Positions 1-9,571 of a stretch of 64,000 bases of DNA are shown here, in pieces. The stretch lies in the sequence record LR877332; one strand, 5' to 3'. Both the position numbers and the translations under genes were made by a program. The stretch comes from Shigella phage vB_SsoM_JK08. Every line of letters starts with the position of its first letter. Within the stretch, counting starts at the first letter, position 1. The notes under the pieces are model-generated. The model did not search any database, had not been told where the DNA came from, and was given only the letters and a program-made list of their open reading frames with translations.

Positions 1-47
1 TTTTATTTCAGGAATAGTTAATAGATGCTGTCCGGTTGAATATTCCA
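1..47 (-). CDS. hypothetical protein, first 16 codons only (gene runs off the window start)
   Basis: ATG (RC of 45-47) preceded by GGAGG RBS; reading frame open to window edge. Confidence 0.35.
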
Positions 48-103
48 TGTTTTTCCTCCATAGAGATTATACTCTAATAAATTAAAGCATAATCTCTTAT
101 AAA

Positions 104-1786
104 TTAAACCATTACAGTAAATCGACCAACTTTCTTCATTTGAAGATGCTGACCGTATGCTTGCGGGTCATGGTCTCTATGTGAAATAACAAAAACGTTA
201 GTATTTTTTAAACTATCTAAAATAGTTGAAATAGCTTTTACACCTTCAACGTCGGTCGCTGAATCAAAAACTTCGTCAAGAATTAACGTGTTTATTTTAA
301 CACCTGAAACTTTTTCAGCAATATCACGCCAAGTAAATAAAAGAGCAATATCAATTCGTGCTTTTTCACCTTGACTGAATGAAGCATAACTAAAATCTTC
401 GCGACCACGGGATTTAATTGTCTCATTAAATTCTTCATCTAATGTAAACACATAATCCGCTTCCATTATTTTAAGATAATGGTTAATCTGCTTATTAAAT
501 AATGGAATGTACTTTTTAATAATAGCACCTTTAATACCAGAATCTTTGAGCATATCAGTCAAAATTCCTCGGTGGTATTTTTCCATTACTAAATTAGTTT
601 TTGTCTTAACAATTTTATCAAGTTCTTCTTGAAGCAGTGCTATTTCATCAGCATGGTCAATAAACTCAGAAGATGCTTTTTCTATAGCCGCTTTAACCTT
701 TTTAGCTTTATCTACTGCTGCGATCAGAGATTGCTTTTTATTGCGAATATCATTTGCCAACGACTGTTGGGTTTTAATATTATCTCGGTATTCATCAACA
801 AGAACTTTTAAATTATCACGATGTGTTGAAAGCTGTTCAAACGAATGCGTACATTCAGAAACTTTATCTTTAATTTTAGAAACAACTTTATCACCGGAAC
901 TCAATTGTGACAAACAGGTTGGACATAATCCACCTTCGTGATACATATTAATGACTTTATTATACGAGTCAATTTTTGATTTAATTAAAACTGCTTCTTG
1001 ACCGATTTTATTAAATGCATCAGTCGGGTCTTCATCTAAAACAATATTAACTAATCTTTCATTAGCTTCTTCTATTTCCGATTTTAGCGTTCTAGCTTCT
1101 TTTGCCAAATCATCATACATATTTTGCAGACGAGTAAGATTGTCACCCGTTAATTTTTTCTGGCGTTCAACGTTATCATTATATATTTTAATTTGTTGGA
1201 TAATACTATCTTTTTTAACGTCAAGCACTTGGTTTTGTGAATTTAATTCACGTATTAGTGCTTTATTAAGCTTATCCATTTCAGCTAATGTTCCTACCTC
1301 AAGCAGGTCTTCCACAAGCTTTCTTCGCGCAGGGGTCGACAAACCCATGAAAGGGGTATACCCTGCTGTACCAAGGACAACAATCTGCTTGAAACTGGCA
1401 TATGACATTCCGATAAGCTGTTCAAATTCTGCTTGGAAATCTTTACTGCTGGCAGATTCATTAAGACGTGTACCGTTAACGGTGATTTCAAAAACGTTCG
1501 GTTTTTGTCCTCTTTTGATATAGTACTTTTTCTCATCATATTCCATCCACAGTTCAACTAAAAGTTCTTTCTTATTTGTGCTGTTTATTAATTGACCTTT
1601 CTTTACATCACGAAATGGCTTGCCAAAAAGCCCAAATGTGATGGCTTCTAACATAGTAGACTTACCACCGCCATTTCGTCCAGTAATAAGAGTTTTTTGA
1701 ACCTTATCTAATTGAATGTCAATAGGATTTCCACCTACTGACATTATATTTTGATACCTAACTCGGTTTAGTTTAAAATTCTTCAC
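104..1786 (-). CDS. 46: recombination endonuclease subunit gp46 (Rad50/SbcC-like ATPase)
   Basis: 560-aa ORF; Walker A GRNGGGKST near N-terminus, long coiled-coil middle, signature/Walker B at C-terminus; synteny 46-47. Confidence 0.92.
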   Translation of the reverse strand: MKNFKLNRVRYQNIMSVGGNPIDIQLDKVQKTLITGRNGGGKSTMLEAITFGLFGKPFRDVKKGQLINSTNKKELLVELWMEYDEKKYYIKRGQKPNVFEITVNGTRLNESASSKDFQAEFEQLIGMSYASFKQIVVLGTAGYTPFMGLSTPARRKLVEDLLEVGTLAEMDKLNKALIRELNSQNQVLDVKKDSIIQQIKIYNDNVERQKKLTGDNLTRLQNMYDDLAKEARTLKSEIEEANERLVNIVLDEDPTDAFNKIGQEAVLIKSKIDSYNKVINMYHEGGLCPTCLSQLSSGDKVVSKIKDKVSECTHSFEQLSTHRDNLKVLVDEYRDNIKTQQSLANDIRNKKQSLIAAVDKAKKVKAAIEKASSEFIDHADEIALLQEELDKIVKTKTNLVMEKYHRGILTDMLKDSGIKGAIIKKYIPLFNKQINHYLKIMEADYVFTLDEEFNETIKSRGREDFSYASFSQGEKARIDIALLFTWRDIAEKVSGVKINTLILDEVFDSATDVEGVKAISTILDSLKNTNVFVISHRDHDPQAYGQHLQMKKVGRFTVMV

Positions 1787-2046
1787 AAAAGATTCCTTTT
1801 AATGTATCTTTTAGACCATTCTATCATATCATCATAATCTAAAAAGTATTCATCAAATTCAGCCATGCAAACAACGCCTTGTGCTGTTTTTGATGTAATA
1901 TAAATTATTCCAACATATCTAGAATCTTCTTCGGTATAATCAATGTTTGCTATGAATTCATCATTAATGTCAAATGTCGAAAACTTCACAGTATGCATCC
2001 TTAATACAAGATACGGCCATATCTCGTAATGATTTAGGTGTGTCAT
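1783..2046 (-). CDS. hypothetical protein (46.x-like small ORF)
   Basis: 87-aa ORF in compact operon between 47 and 46; overlaps neighbour, true start may be internal. Confidence 0.4.
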   Translation of the reverse strand: MTHLNHYEIWPYLVLRMHTVKFSTFDINDEFIANIDYTEEDSRYVGIIYITSKTAQGVVCMAEFDEYFLDYDDMIEWSKRYIKRNLL

Positions 2047-2233
2047 TATCTAAAATGTTGAAGTTAAAGGATACAGCCCAGTCAGTGCAGACCGTAACCT
2101 TTTTAATACAATTATCTTCAACCTCTAGCGGTTCAAACCAATATTCAATAATTTCTTTATGCCCAATATCATCTTTTACTTCGCATTCAAAATGCTGACT
2201 CATCATAACATTTTTAAATTCATCAAAAGTCAT
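1970..2233 (-). CDS. hypothetical protein (46.x-like small ORF)
   Basis: 87-aa ORF; stop overlaps gp47 start region. Confidence 0.4.
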   Translation of the reverse strand: MTFDEFKNVMMSQHFECEVKDDIGHKEIIEYWFEPLEVEDNCIKKVTVCTDWAVSFNFNILDNDTPKSLRDMAVSCIKDAYCEVFDI

Positions 2234-3249
2234 TGTGTTGCCTCTACATATAACTGATTTGCATATTGAATAAGTGCTTCACGGTCAGAATCAGTGATGT
2301 CTGGAATTGCATTAATGTATTCTTCCATCAACGTCTGAAGAGATTGAACTTCAACCTCTTCGCTGTCATCTGACCCGACAGAGTTATCAATCTTTGACAC
2401 AACTCGTAATGAATGCACAACTTTTTCTAGTTCAGATTCGAACTTCGTCAGATTTTTGTCTACTTCAGTTACTATAACACGTACTGATAGATTTGTAAAA
2501 TCTTTATAGTCAATTTTTCCTTTAAATGGATAATGAATTCTACGATGCCAGGTAGTGTTGTTTGGAATAAATTCCATTCGTTCTGTTTCTGTATCAAACA
2601 TCCAGAACCCACGAGGGTCATTCTCGTCACCTGCTGTTAGTGTCCATGGTGTCCCAATATATCTGACGTTAGCAGCCTCAGAAATAGTATGGAAGTGACC
2701 AGACCACACTTCTTTATAAGTCTTAAGGAAATCAGGTTCAAGACCATGAGATTTCATTCCTTTATAAAAATAAAATCCATTCAGTTCCCAGTGACCGACG
2801 CAAAAAGAAGCAGATGAAGTTTTGATATGCTCAAGAATTTCACCAGTATTTTCTTCACACATCCAAGGAATTAAATCAATTAAACATCCGTCAAAATCTA
2901 CTGTAGTAGGCTTATCATATACTTTAACATTAGGATATTTAGCCAAAAGCTCAGTAGAGGCATTTGGATGCATTACATTTTTGTAGTGGAGATCGTGATT
3001 TCCTACAATAGTATGTAATGTGATTCCAGCGTCATCAAGCATTTGAACTATTTCACGGGCAAACTCCATAGTTTTATGCGTGATTGCTTTTCGCACATCA
3101 AAAATATCACCATATTGAATCCATACAGTAATTCCATTTTTCTTAGAATATTCTATCGCTTGCTTAATTCCATCAATTTGAATACCGCGAATCCACTCAT
3201 CATCAGCTTTAACGCCTAAATGCCAATCACCCAAGTTTAGTATTTTCAT
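2230..3249 (-). CDS. 47: recombination endonuclease subunit gp47 (Mre11/SbcD-like phosphoesterase)
   Basis: 339-aa ORF; N-terminal GDWHLG phosphoesterase motif, GNHD motif; adjacent to gp46. Confidence 0.92.
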   Translation of the reverse strand: MKILNLGDWHLGVKADDEWIRGIQIDGIKQAIEYSKKNGITVWIQYGDIFDVRKAITHKTMEFAREIVQMLDDAGITLHTIVGNHDLHYKNVMHPNASTELLAKYPNVKVYDKPTTVDFDGCLIDLIPWMCEENTGEILEHIKTSSASFCVGHWELNGFYFYKGMKSHGLEPDFLKTYKEVWSGHFHTISEAANVRYIGTPWTLTAGDENDPRGFWMFDTETERMEFIPNNTTWHRRIHYPFKGKIDYKDFTNLSVRVIVTEVDKNLTKFESELEKVVHSLRVVSKIDNSVGSDDSEEVEVQSLQTLMEEYINAIPDITDSDREALIQYANQLYVEATQ

Positions 3250-3850
3250 GGTGTCTTTTCCATCCTAATTTAGCTGCTTTTGAAACCAGTTCTTTAATTT
3301 TTCCTTTTGTCCATTCAGGACCAGGAGGTTCATGACATAACATTTGCTTAACTCCGTTATTATACCATTTTTTACCTTTATTATGTGATGAAGCTTTAAA
3401 TTTATTTGACCTTCCTTTTACATAACCTTCTGGAATATAAGGCAAAAAGGCAGATTTTCCTGTTAATGGATCATGTGAATGTATATTTCCTTTACAATTA
3501 TGAGAACCATATAATGGATGATTTTGTCCTTTATTATCTCTTCCAAACGAACCTTTTGGAGCAGCATATGACATATTAAAGAATAATGGATTTTTAACTG
3601 CATCATGCAATCGTTGATAATATAACTCGCATTTAATAGCTTCTTCACGCGTATCAAATTCAGCTAAAATGCATGAATCAAATAAGTGAGGATTATCTGA
3701 AAGCTCTTTATTATAAATTTTCTTATACTTTTTAGATAAAACTGAACCATGATATCCAGCTAAATGCCTATCTAAAGACGTAGATCCAATATAAAAAGGA
3801 GGAAGTTTATCTCCACTATATATTGTTAAATAAGTTATATATTTTTTCAT
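3227..3850 (-). CDS. GIY-YIG family endonuclease-like protein (putative free-standing homing endonuclease)
   Basis: 207-aa ORF; N-terminus YITYLTIYSGDKLPPFYIGSTSLDRHLAGYHG matches GIY-(10)-YIG spacing with downstream Arg/His and conserved Glu (TREEAIKCE); basic Gly/Lys-rich C-terminal half. Confidence 0.6.
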   Translation of the reverse strand: MKKYITYLTIYSGDKLPPFYIGSTSLDRHLAGYHGSVLSKKYKKIYNKELSDNPHLFDSCILAEFDTREEAIKCELYYQRLHDAVKNPLFFNMSYAAPKGSFGRDNKGQNHPLYGSHNCKGNIHSHDPLTGKSAFLPYIPEGYVKGRSNKFKASSHNKGKKWYNNGVKQMLCHEPPGPEWTKGKIKELVSKAAKLGWKRHHENTKLG

Positions 3851-3999
3851 ATATCAAGAACCGTCATTGAAATGCAAAATAAAATTATTGAAATAAACCC
3901 ATCTGGCGTGCTAAAGAACCCAATCCAACATGCTCTAGTGAATAGATAAAATGCAAGAAAAAGTATCACATATCCAAGAAATATCATTATATCAAACTC

Positions 4000-4028
4000 C
4001 GTATAAAGCTAAAGGGCCGAAGCCCTTT
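4000..4028 (-). terminator. hairpin terminator (UUCG tetraloop on minus strand) at a-gt 3' end
   Basis: aaagggc-cgaa-gcccttt inverted repeat at 4011-4028 followed by U-rich tract on minus strand. Confidence 0.4.
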
Positions 4029-5229
4029 ATTTTGTAATAATGTCAAACTGTTCTTTAAAGCAGAAGCTTGAATCTTGATGCTGATACAAAAATTCATAAG
4101 CTTTTTCGCGTTCACGGTCATAAAGAGTTCGGTCAGATGACAGTTCTTTAATACGTTCAAATGTTGATTCCATGTCATTTTCATCAAACCAAATGATACC
4201 GCTATCATGCGAGGTCAAAGGAGTATTATCAACACGGAATTTTAAATTTTCGCCAGTAGATTTCCAAAATACCGGAATTGTTCCACATGCACCAAGCTCG
4301 AGATGAGTATATTCTAAAGAACGTTGTAGATATTTTTTGTCCAACTTACTCAGCTGATAACCAAATCCGGATTTACTCATGCGTTCAAGCATTTCGCTAT
4401 TTACATAACGGTCAAGAATTTGCGTTGGCAAATTAGGAGCAATTTTAATTTGGTCTACTTGATGAAGACGATAATACTCGTATGGAATTCCTTTTTCTTT
4501 AATAGGAATGAACGCTGGAGAACGTTCCAGACCTTCCATAATAGTACTTAGTCCTGCAGGTTTAAGATGTTTTTCGTGAAAATCAAACATCTGATAAAAA
4601 CCTTTCCATGTAGTCGTACGACCAATCCAACGGTTGACATTCATGTTAATTTCAGAAACATCTTTCCAGTAGGTTGACCGAACCTTCGCAATATCCATAG
4701 GAGGCTGAAAGTTATATACGGTCGGCGCTTCTTCAATATCATCAAACAGAGAAACAGTTTCTGGATACCATTCTTTCATCAGAACTTTATTAAAATCACC
4801 ATTATCAGAATGGCTAAAAATAACATCAGCTCGACGAACAGTTTCTTCTAATCCCAAATTTCGACGCAAAGAAAGAGAAGAATGGTCATGTTGATAAACT
4901 ACAACACGAACAGAAGGTTTAATGTTATCAATAATTTTTTTATAGTTATTAATAGTGTCTTCTTCAACCGAAGTAGCAGGAACTGAATTGATAATTAGAA
5001 TATCACAATCATTTACCAGCTTAAGTGTTTTATCGTATTCTTTTGCCAATAAAACCGGAATTGAAAATGATTTATAATCATGCGCACAGTTACGAGTAAA
5101 TGATTTATCTTTGGCATAAACCAAAGTTACTTCATGACCATTTTTAATAAACCAATCACGTTGCTCAAGAGAAAATTTAGTTACACCGCAACCTTCAAGA
5201 CCTCGAGCCATAAAAATACATACTTTCAT
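4027..5229 (-). CDS. a-gt: DNA alpha-glucosyltransferase
   Basis: 400-aa ORF closely matching recalled T4 alpha-glucosyltransferase along its whole length (e.g. MARGLEGCGVTKFSLEQRDWF). Confidence 0.85.
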   Translation of the reverse strand: MKVCIFMARGLEGCGVTKFSLEQRDWFIKNGHEVTLVYAKDKSFTRNCAHDYKSFSIPVLLAKEYDKTLKLVNDCDILIINSVPATSVEEDTINNYKKIIDNIKPSVRVVVYQHDHSSLSLRRNLGLEETVRRADVIFSHSDNGDFNKVLMKEWYPETVSLFDDIEEAPTVYNFQPPMDIAKVRSTYWKDVSEINMNVNRWIGRTTTWKGFYQMFDFHEKHLKPAGLSTIMEGLERSPAFIPIKEKGIPYEYYRLHQVDQIKIAPNLPTQILDRYVNSEMLERMSKSGFGYQLSKLDKKYLQRSLEYTHLELGACGTIPVFWKSTGENLKFRVDNTPLTSHDSGIIWFDENDMESTFERIKELSSDRTLYDREREKAYEFLYQHQDSSFCFKEQFDIITK

Positions 5230-5261
5230 TTAATATCCTCATTGTTTTGGTTTATTTTACC

Positions 5262-5300
5262 AAAAATTTATAAAGCAATATAGGAGCCGAAGCTCCTATC
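5262..5300 (-). terminator. hairpin terminator (UUCG loop)
   Basis: taggagc-cgaa-gctccta inverted repeat 5281-5300 then U-rich run on minus strand. Confidence 0.4.
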
Positions 5301-5472
5301 CGCATAATACGCCATACAAAGGCTCATTAGAACTTCTAAATTTTATACGCTTATATGTTATAGTTCCTTCTGCTTTAGCTTTATCATGAGACTTTTTAAA
5401 GCGTCTCATCATTTCCTCTTTAGAGGAACGAATTTTATTATAATCTATTTCAGAAGTCTGGGTGTTCATCTT

Positions 5473-5679
5473 TCACAGTTGCCACCATTTTTTGACTTGA
5501 TAAGAATCAACCCACACTTTCATATTAGGGTCTGCTCTTACAATAGGAGGATTAACTTCTTTAATTGAACTATCATGGTATTCTTTTTCAGAAATTTTCA
5601 CACAAAGATGACCATTCAAAGATTCAGTAAATCCTGCATTAATTTTAAGACGCTTGAATTTTACGTGTGTAAGCATCAA
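5473..5679 (-). CDS. hypothetical protein
   Basis: 68-aa ORF in a-gt/55 intergenic operon. Confidence 0.35.
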   Translation of the reverse strand: MMLTHVKFKRLKINAGFTESLNGHLCVKISEKEYHDSSIKEVNPPIVRADPNMKVWVDSYQVKKWWQL

Positions 5680-5962
5680 TCATATCCTCAATCTGCGATC
5701 TAGTAGTCTTCCAAAGAATACTGATGAGTTCATCGTTATATGGCTGTTTCAGAATATCCCGACTTTTCTTGATAGCATATTCGTATTGAGCAAAATTATT
5801 GTTTTCAGCTGCGATCTGAGCGTGCTTATAAAGACGATTCAGTTCGCGTTTGTTTTTAGACAATAACTTATTTGCTTTTCTTTCTGCTTCAAGACGGTTC
5901 TTTTCTTCAATAGAAGAAATAAGCTTTTCCACTTCATCATTAATTTCGGGTTTATCAGTCAT
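5645..5962 (-). CDS. hypothetical protein
   Basis: 105-aa ORF, charged coiled-coil-like composition. Confidence 0.5.
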   Translation of the reverse strand: MTDKPEINDEVEKLISSIEEKNRLEAERKANKLLSKNKRELNRLYKHAQIAAENNNFAQYEYAIKKSRDILKQPYNDELISILWKTTRSQIEDMIDAYTRKIQAS

Positions 5963-5963
5963 A

Positions 5964-6182
5964 TTATTTCTCTAATATAAAATAAAAATCATCATCTGTT
6001 AAATGATACCTGTAATTTAATTCTACACCATTAGATTTAAAAGCGGTATCATACGGATTTTCTGGATCAATATCAATGTCAAGAGCTAAAACTTCCCTGA
6101 GATACATTTTAAGTAAATAGGGAATAGCTTCAACTTCAGGTATTTCTTCCAAGAATCCGGAGAGGTTAATCGTTAGCCTCAT
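5964..6182 (-). CDS. hypothetical protein
   Basis: 72-aa ORF immediately downstream of gene 55. Confidence 0.45.
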
Positions 6183-6729
6183 ATAAAAAATCCAAACTAG
6201 GAGAATCGTCTACAACACTTTTCTTTTCAGCCCCCGGTGTTCTATAGGTTGATTCTTCGTAATGCGTCATTTTATCGTAGATGTCTTGAATAAAAGTTTC
6301 ATCTACTAACGCAACCATATCGTCGTCACGGCTGTCATAGACATTGTGAACGAAGTAACTGTATTTCTTTGCAACTTCCTTACGTTCTTTTTTAATACGT
6401 TGGACGAATGCATTAAAACAAGCTTGAGTTATATATGCATGCGGGTTTTTATATTTCGTTTCATCAAAATTGTGAAGCCCCTTAATAGAAGCTTCTATAC
6501 CATCTGCAATCATTTCTTGTTTCCAAGACTGGGTGTATCCTGAAAAGTTGAAACGTTTAGATAAGCCTTCTGCAATAAGCATAATGGCTAATCCGATAGT
6601 ATCATTCTGACGAACTACTTTATTTGGGTCTTTATTATTTGCTAATTCTGTTTTCCAATCAATAATAGCTTGTAAAAGCTCTTTATTGTTTACGTAATTA
6701 TATTTAGGCTTAGTTTCTGACATTTTCAC
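6166..6729 (-). CDS. 55: late-transcription sigma factor gp55
   Basis: 187-aa ORF matching recalled T4 gp55; position upstream of nrd genes. Confidence 0.88.
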
Positions 6730-6801
6730 CTCTTAGCTCAATTCATAGATCTATTATATCATAATATTTGAAGATCTATCTTAAAGCATAGAGGATATCA
6801 G

Positions 6802-7071
6802 TTATCTAAGTAAACAGTATGCTTGGAACACTTTTTCCATCATCTTTTTAAATTCATGAATATCTATGTAATGACTAGTTAAATCAGCATGATATAAAAA
6901 GTCTAAAAACTTTTCATGTGTACTAACATATTCACTTTCATTTAATTCAGAAACATGGCTTTCCCAATATCCAACACCAGTCTTATTTGGGAAAAATGAA
7001 ATTTTCATGTATTTGTCAACATAGAAAATGCCATAATTTTCAATAGTAATAGAAATATTAATAAATTTCAT
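6802..7071 (-). CDS. hypothetical protein
   Basis: 89-aa ORF. Confidence 0.45.
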   Translation of the reverse strand: MKFINISITIENYGIFYVDKYMKISFFPNKTGVGYWESHVSELNESEYVSTHEKFLDFLYHADLTSHYIDIHEFKKMMEKVFQAYCLLR

Positions 7072-7283
7072 ACATTCATCAACTTAGCCGCTTCAAGAGC
7101 TGCATCTAGTGAATCAAATTGATCAACATATTCAATCAATTCGCCATAATTAGCATATAACCACCATTGGCTAAATTCATACTCAAGGATGAATCCGTTT
7201 CCTTCAATTTGAGTTAAACCAATGCCATTTATATTTACTTCATACCCAGCAAGACGTAAATCGTTAATAAGAGCTTCGTTCAT
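7068..7283 (-). CDS. hypothetical protein
   Basis: 71-aa ORF, ATGA-type overlap with neighbour. Confidence 0.45.
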   Translation of the reverse strand: MNEALINDLRLAGYEVNINGIGLTQIEGNGFILEYEFSQWWLYANYGELIEYVDQFDSLDAALEAAKLMNV

Positions 7284-7285
7284 AA

Positions 7286-7612
7286 TTATACCTTAGTAAT
7301 TTTCAGGTCTGCAAATTTTTTCTTGCGTTGATTTTTCATGCGACGAATAGTTTTATCGGAAATTTCATGCTTTTGATAAGCTTTAGATTCTACACCAAAA
7401 GCTTTAACATCAAATTCTGACAAGATATATTGAACCAACAATTCACGGACAGTATTGCGTCCAATCTTCTGATCATTCTGTTTCATCGTCTGATGAAGCT
7501 CTTTTTCCCATTTATCCAAAATTTGAGGAGTTACAATATCGCCTTTTTCTAGCAAAGAAACTACTTTATCATATGCGTAAGAATTAATGACGTTTTTAAT
7601 TTGAATAGTCAT
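7286..7612 (-). CDS. hypothetical protein
   Basis: 108-aa ORF. Confidence 0.5.
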   Translation of the reverse strand: MTIQIKNVINSYAYDKVVSLLEKGDIVTPQILDKWEKELHQTMKQNDQKIGRNTVRELLVQYILSEFDVKAFGVESKAYQKHEISDKTIRRMKNQRKKKFADLKITKV

Positions 7613-7644
7613 ACATTATCCTCAATTACGTTAAAATTTTATTA

Positions 7645-7666
7645 TCCAAAAAGGGCCGAAGCCCTT
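7645..7666 (-). terminator. intrinsic terminator (UUCG hairpin + U-run)
   Basis: aagggc-cgaa-gccctt at 7651-7666 with A-run 7647-7650 on plus (U-run on minus transcript). Confidence 0.6.
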
Positions 7667-7865
7667 AGCTAAACTTTTTGGCACCCTTCCAGCCTTCGTA
7701 CATCATTGCGACTGACAATGACAAAGCTCCTTCACATGCTGCATACTTATTATTCCAGAACCAATTTAGAAAAACTTCATCCTCAATACCATTGTGTTTC
7801 ATGTTCTGGAAAAATTTGGCGCGTTCTTCAGCAATTCGCTGCGATAATTTAGATTCAGGATTCAT
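7665..7865 (-). CDS. hypothetical protein
   Basis: 66-aa ORF. Confidence 0.45.
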   Translation of the reverse strand: MNPESKLSQRIAEERAKFFQNMKHNGIEDEVFLNWFWNNKYAACEGALSLSVAMMYEGWKGAKKFS

Positions 7866-8081
7866 TTAAATTTCCCAATTGCCATTTTCATCAATAAATT
7901 TAATCCAGTCATTTACTGACCACTTAGTTGTATCGCCTTTTGGAGTAGCATTTAAAGTATATAGCCCTTGCTTAAAAAGCATTCGTTTGATATTCATATT
8001 TTCCTCAGCTGTAACGATAACACTCGTTTGATTTGCGTTTAGCAACTCGTTGAGAAATATTATAATCAAAATCATCGTCAA
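7866..8081 (-). CDS. hypothetical protein (start probably internal, near 7997)
   Basis: 71-aa ORF overlapping the next ORF by 77 nt; internal Met would remove the overlap. Confidence 0.35.
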   Translation of the reverse strand: MTMILIIIFLNELLNANQTSVIVTAEENMNIKRMLFKQGLYTLNATPKGDTTKWSVNDWIKFIDENGNWEI

Positions 8082-8337
8082 TGTAAACTGATTTTTTCAA
8101 CTTTCTTACTTCACCACGTAATTGGCGGTTCAATTCATTCTTAACCTCTGAATCAACACCTCGCATACGTCGCCATTTATCTGAGCGAAAAATGTTTTCA
8201 ACCATATCTTTATGACTTACACCGTCTGGAGCTTTACGCTTTCCGAAATAGTCATAATCACGCACTTTTAAGTCTTTACGACGATACGTTTTACCCATGG
8301 AGTTTAATTTCCTTAGCAACTGAACTAAATGTAGCAC
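8005..8337 (-). CDS. hypothetical basic protein (start probably internal, near 8298)
   Basis: 110-aa ORF rich in Arg/Lys. Confidence 0.45.
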   Translation of the reverse strand: MLHLVQLLRKLNSMGKTYRRKDLKVRDYDYFGKRKAPDGVSHKDMVENIFRSDKWRRMRGVDSEVKNELNRQLRGEVRKLKKSVYIDDDFDYNISQRVAKRKSNECYRYS

Positions 8338-8473
8338 GATCGCAAATCATGCGTTTATGTAACTTGAGTATAATATAGCAAACTTCAAAACTATTTACAT
8401 GAGTAACACGAACAGCATTACCATTAATGAGATAATACTGTCCCTTTTTAATTTCTTTATCAACTACAACCAT
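8291..8473 (-). CDS. hypothetical protein
   Basis: 60-aa ORF directly downstream of an early promoter. Confidence 0.45.
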   Translation of the reverse strand: MVVVDKEIKKGQYYLINGNAVRVTHVNSFEVCYIILKLHKRMICDRATFSSVAKEIKLHG

Positions 8474-8503
8474 ATCAATTCCTCAAAGGTAATTCATATG
8501 TTA

Positions 8504-8532
8504 ATAATACCACGGTTTGAACTTGTTGTAAA
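8504..8532 (-). promoter_or_regulatory. sigma70-type early promoter (-35 GTTTACA, extended -10 TGgTATTAT)
   Basis: RC of 8527-8532 = TTTACA, 17-nt spacer, RC of 8504-8509 = TATTAT preceded by TGG; A-rich UP-like element upstream. Confidence 0.55.
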
Positions 8533-8603
8533 CAACTTTGTGAAAAATATTTTAGGGAATGATAAGAAAGGAACGATAACTTAGAATGGTAATATACAGA
8601 ATG

Positions 8604-8628
8604 TGAGAAAGAAAGGCCCAGAGGGCCC
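8604..8628 (-). terminator. hairpin terminator
   Basis: ggccc-aga-gggcc hairpin followed by U-rich tract on minus strand. Confidence 0.4.
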
Positions 8629-8631
8629 GTC

Positions 8632-8955
8632 TTAATCTTCTATGATATCTCTATCATATCCAAGTGAAATGAGAGTTTCTTTGAAGTGTTTAATGTTCTT
8701 TTGTCTAGAATCATTAATGAAAATGACTGGATAACGAATGTTAAGAGATGTGAATCCAGCGCGTTTAGCAAGAGATACAATCAGTGGACGATCATACTCA
8801 ATCTTACCGTTATTTGTAAGAACTTTATAGAAAGTAAAAGGAGCATTGAGCTCCTTTAGAAGTTTTGTAACTGATTGACATCCAGGACAACGACCTACTT
8901 CATCTGGAATTCCATAGACTTCAATCTTATTCTTTAAGTTCGAGTTTTGTTCCAC
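8632..8955 (-). CDS. glutaredoxin/NrdH-like redoxin (CPGC motif), probable GTG start
   Basis: ORF-track ORF 8632..9084 has no in-frame ATG after its extreme N-terminus and overlaps the upstream ORF; GTG at 8953-8955 lies just past the upstream stop; CPGC active-site-like motif. Confidence 0.45.
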   Translation of the reverse strand: MEQNSNLKNKIEVYGIPDEVGRCPGCQSVTKLLKELNAPFTFYKVLTNNGKIEYDRPLIVSLAKRAGFTSLNIRYPVIFINDSRQKNIKHFKETLISLGYDRDIIED

Positions 8956-9238
8956 GAGAAATAATTCCTTGGTAAGCCCAATAAGGAGGATTAACAGAAT
9001 CCTCGCCAGAGTTTTCTTCAGGAAAATAAACCTGGATAACAAATCCAGATGCATCAAAGGTAAAATAAACCGTAGGCAGTTCACCTAACAATTCGGCACG
9101 AGCATTAATTTCTTCGAGATCTCGTTCACGTCCAGCCCAAAAACTAGGATTTAGACTACATTCGTAAAAATAATAGTCATTACCGAACATATCAAAACCC
9201 TTCCAACTCTCTACCACATACCGCTCAAAACTAATCAT
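8927..9238 (-). CDS. hypothetical protein
   Basis: 103-aa ORF. Confidence 0.5.
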   Translation of the reverse strand: MISFERYVVESWKGFDMFGNDYYFYECSLNPSFWAGRERDLEEINARAELLGELPTVYFTFDASGFVIQVYFPEENSGEDSVNPPYWAYQGIISRGTKLELKE

Positions 9239-9240
9239 AA

Positions 9241-9456
9241 TTAAGCCTTTTTATCAAGAACAGAATTCAGCTTGTTAGTAATTTTATCCAGACGCTCATT
9301 GAACTCGCTAGAAGATAAACCCTTTTCTGGAGAAATCAAACTAATCACGAAAAATATAGCAATAAAAGGAATAAGGAAAATAGCTCCAACTGCCATAAAC
9401 AGAAAGAATGTTACAGTTGTAAGAAAATCAGCTAAACCTTTACGAAATTTATACAT
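9241..9456 (-). CDS. small membrane protein
   Basis: 71-aa ORF with one long hydrophobic segment. Confidence 0.5.
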   Translation of the reverse strand: MYKFRKGLADFLTTVTFFLFMAVGAIFLIPFIAIFFVISLISPEKGLSSSEFNERLDKITNKLNSVLDKKA

Positions 9457-9571
9457 ATTTTACCCTTAATTGATTAACCAAGCATTGATAAGCACTAAAC
9501 TATACTGCGAATAAAATTCTGGACCAAAATGAAAAATCATATCATTTATAGTATCCATAATGTAATTCAAT

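Noticed and set aside
3463-3657. 64-aa ORF nested inside the GIY-YIG gene
   Set aside because: Same strand but a different frame, wholly internal to the longer ORF, low-complexity Ile/Lys composition; likely spurious.
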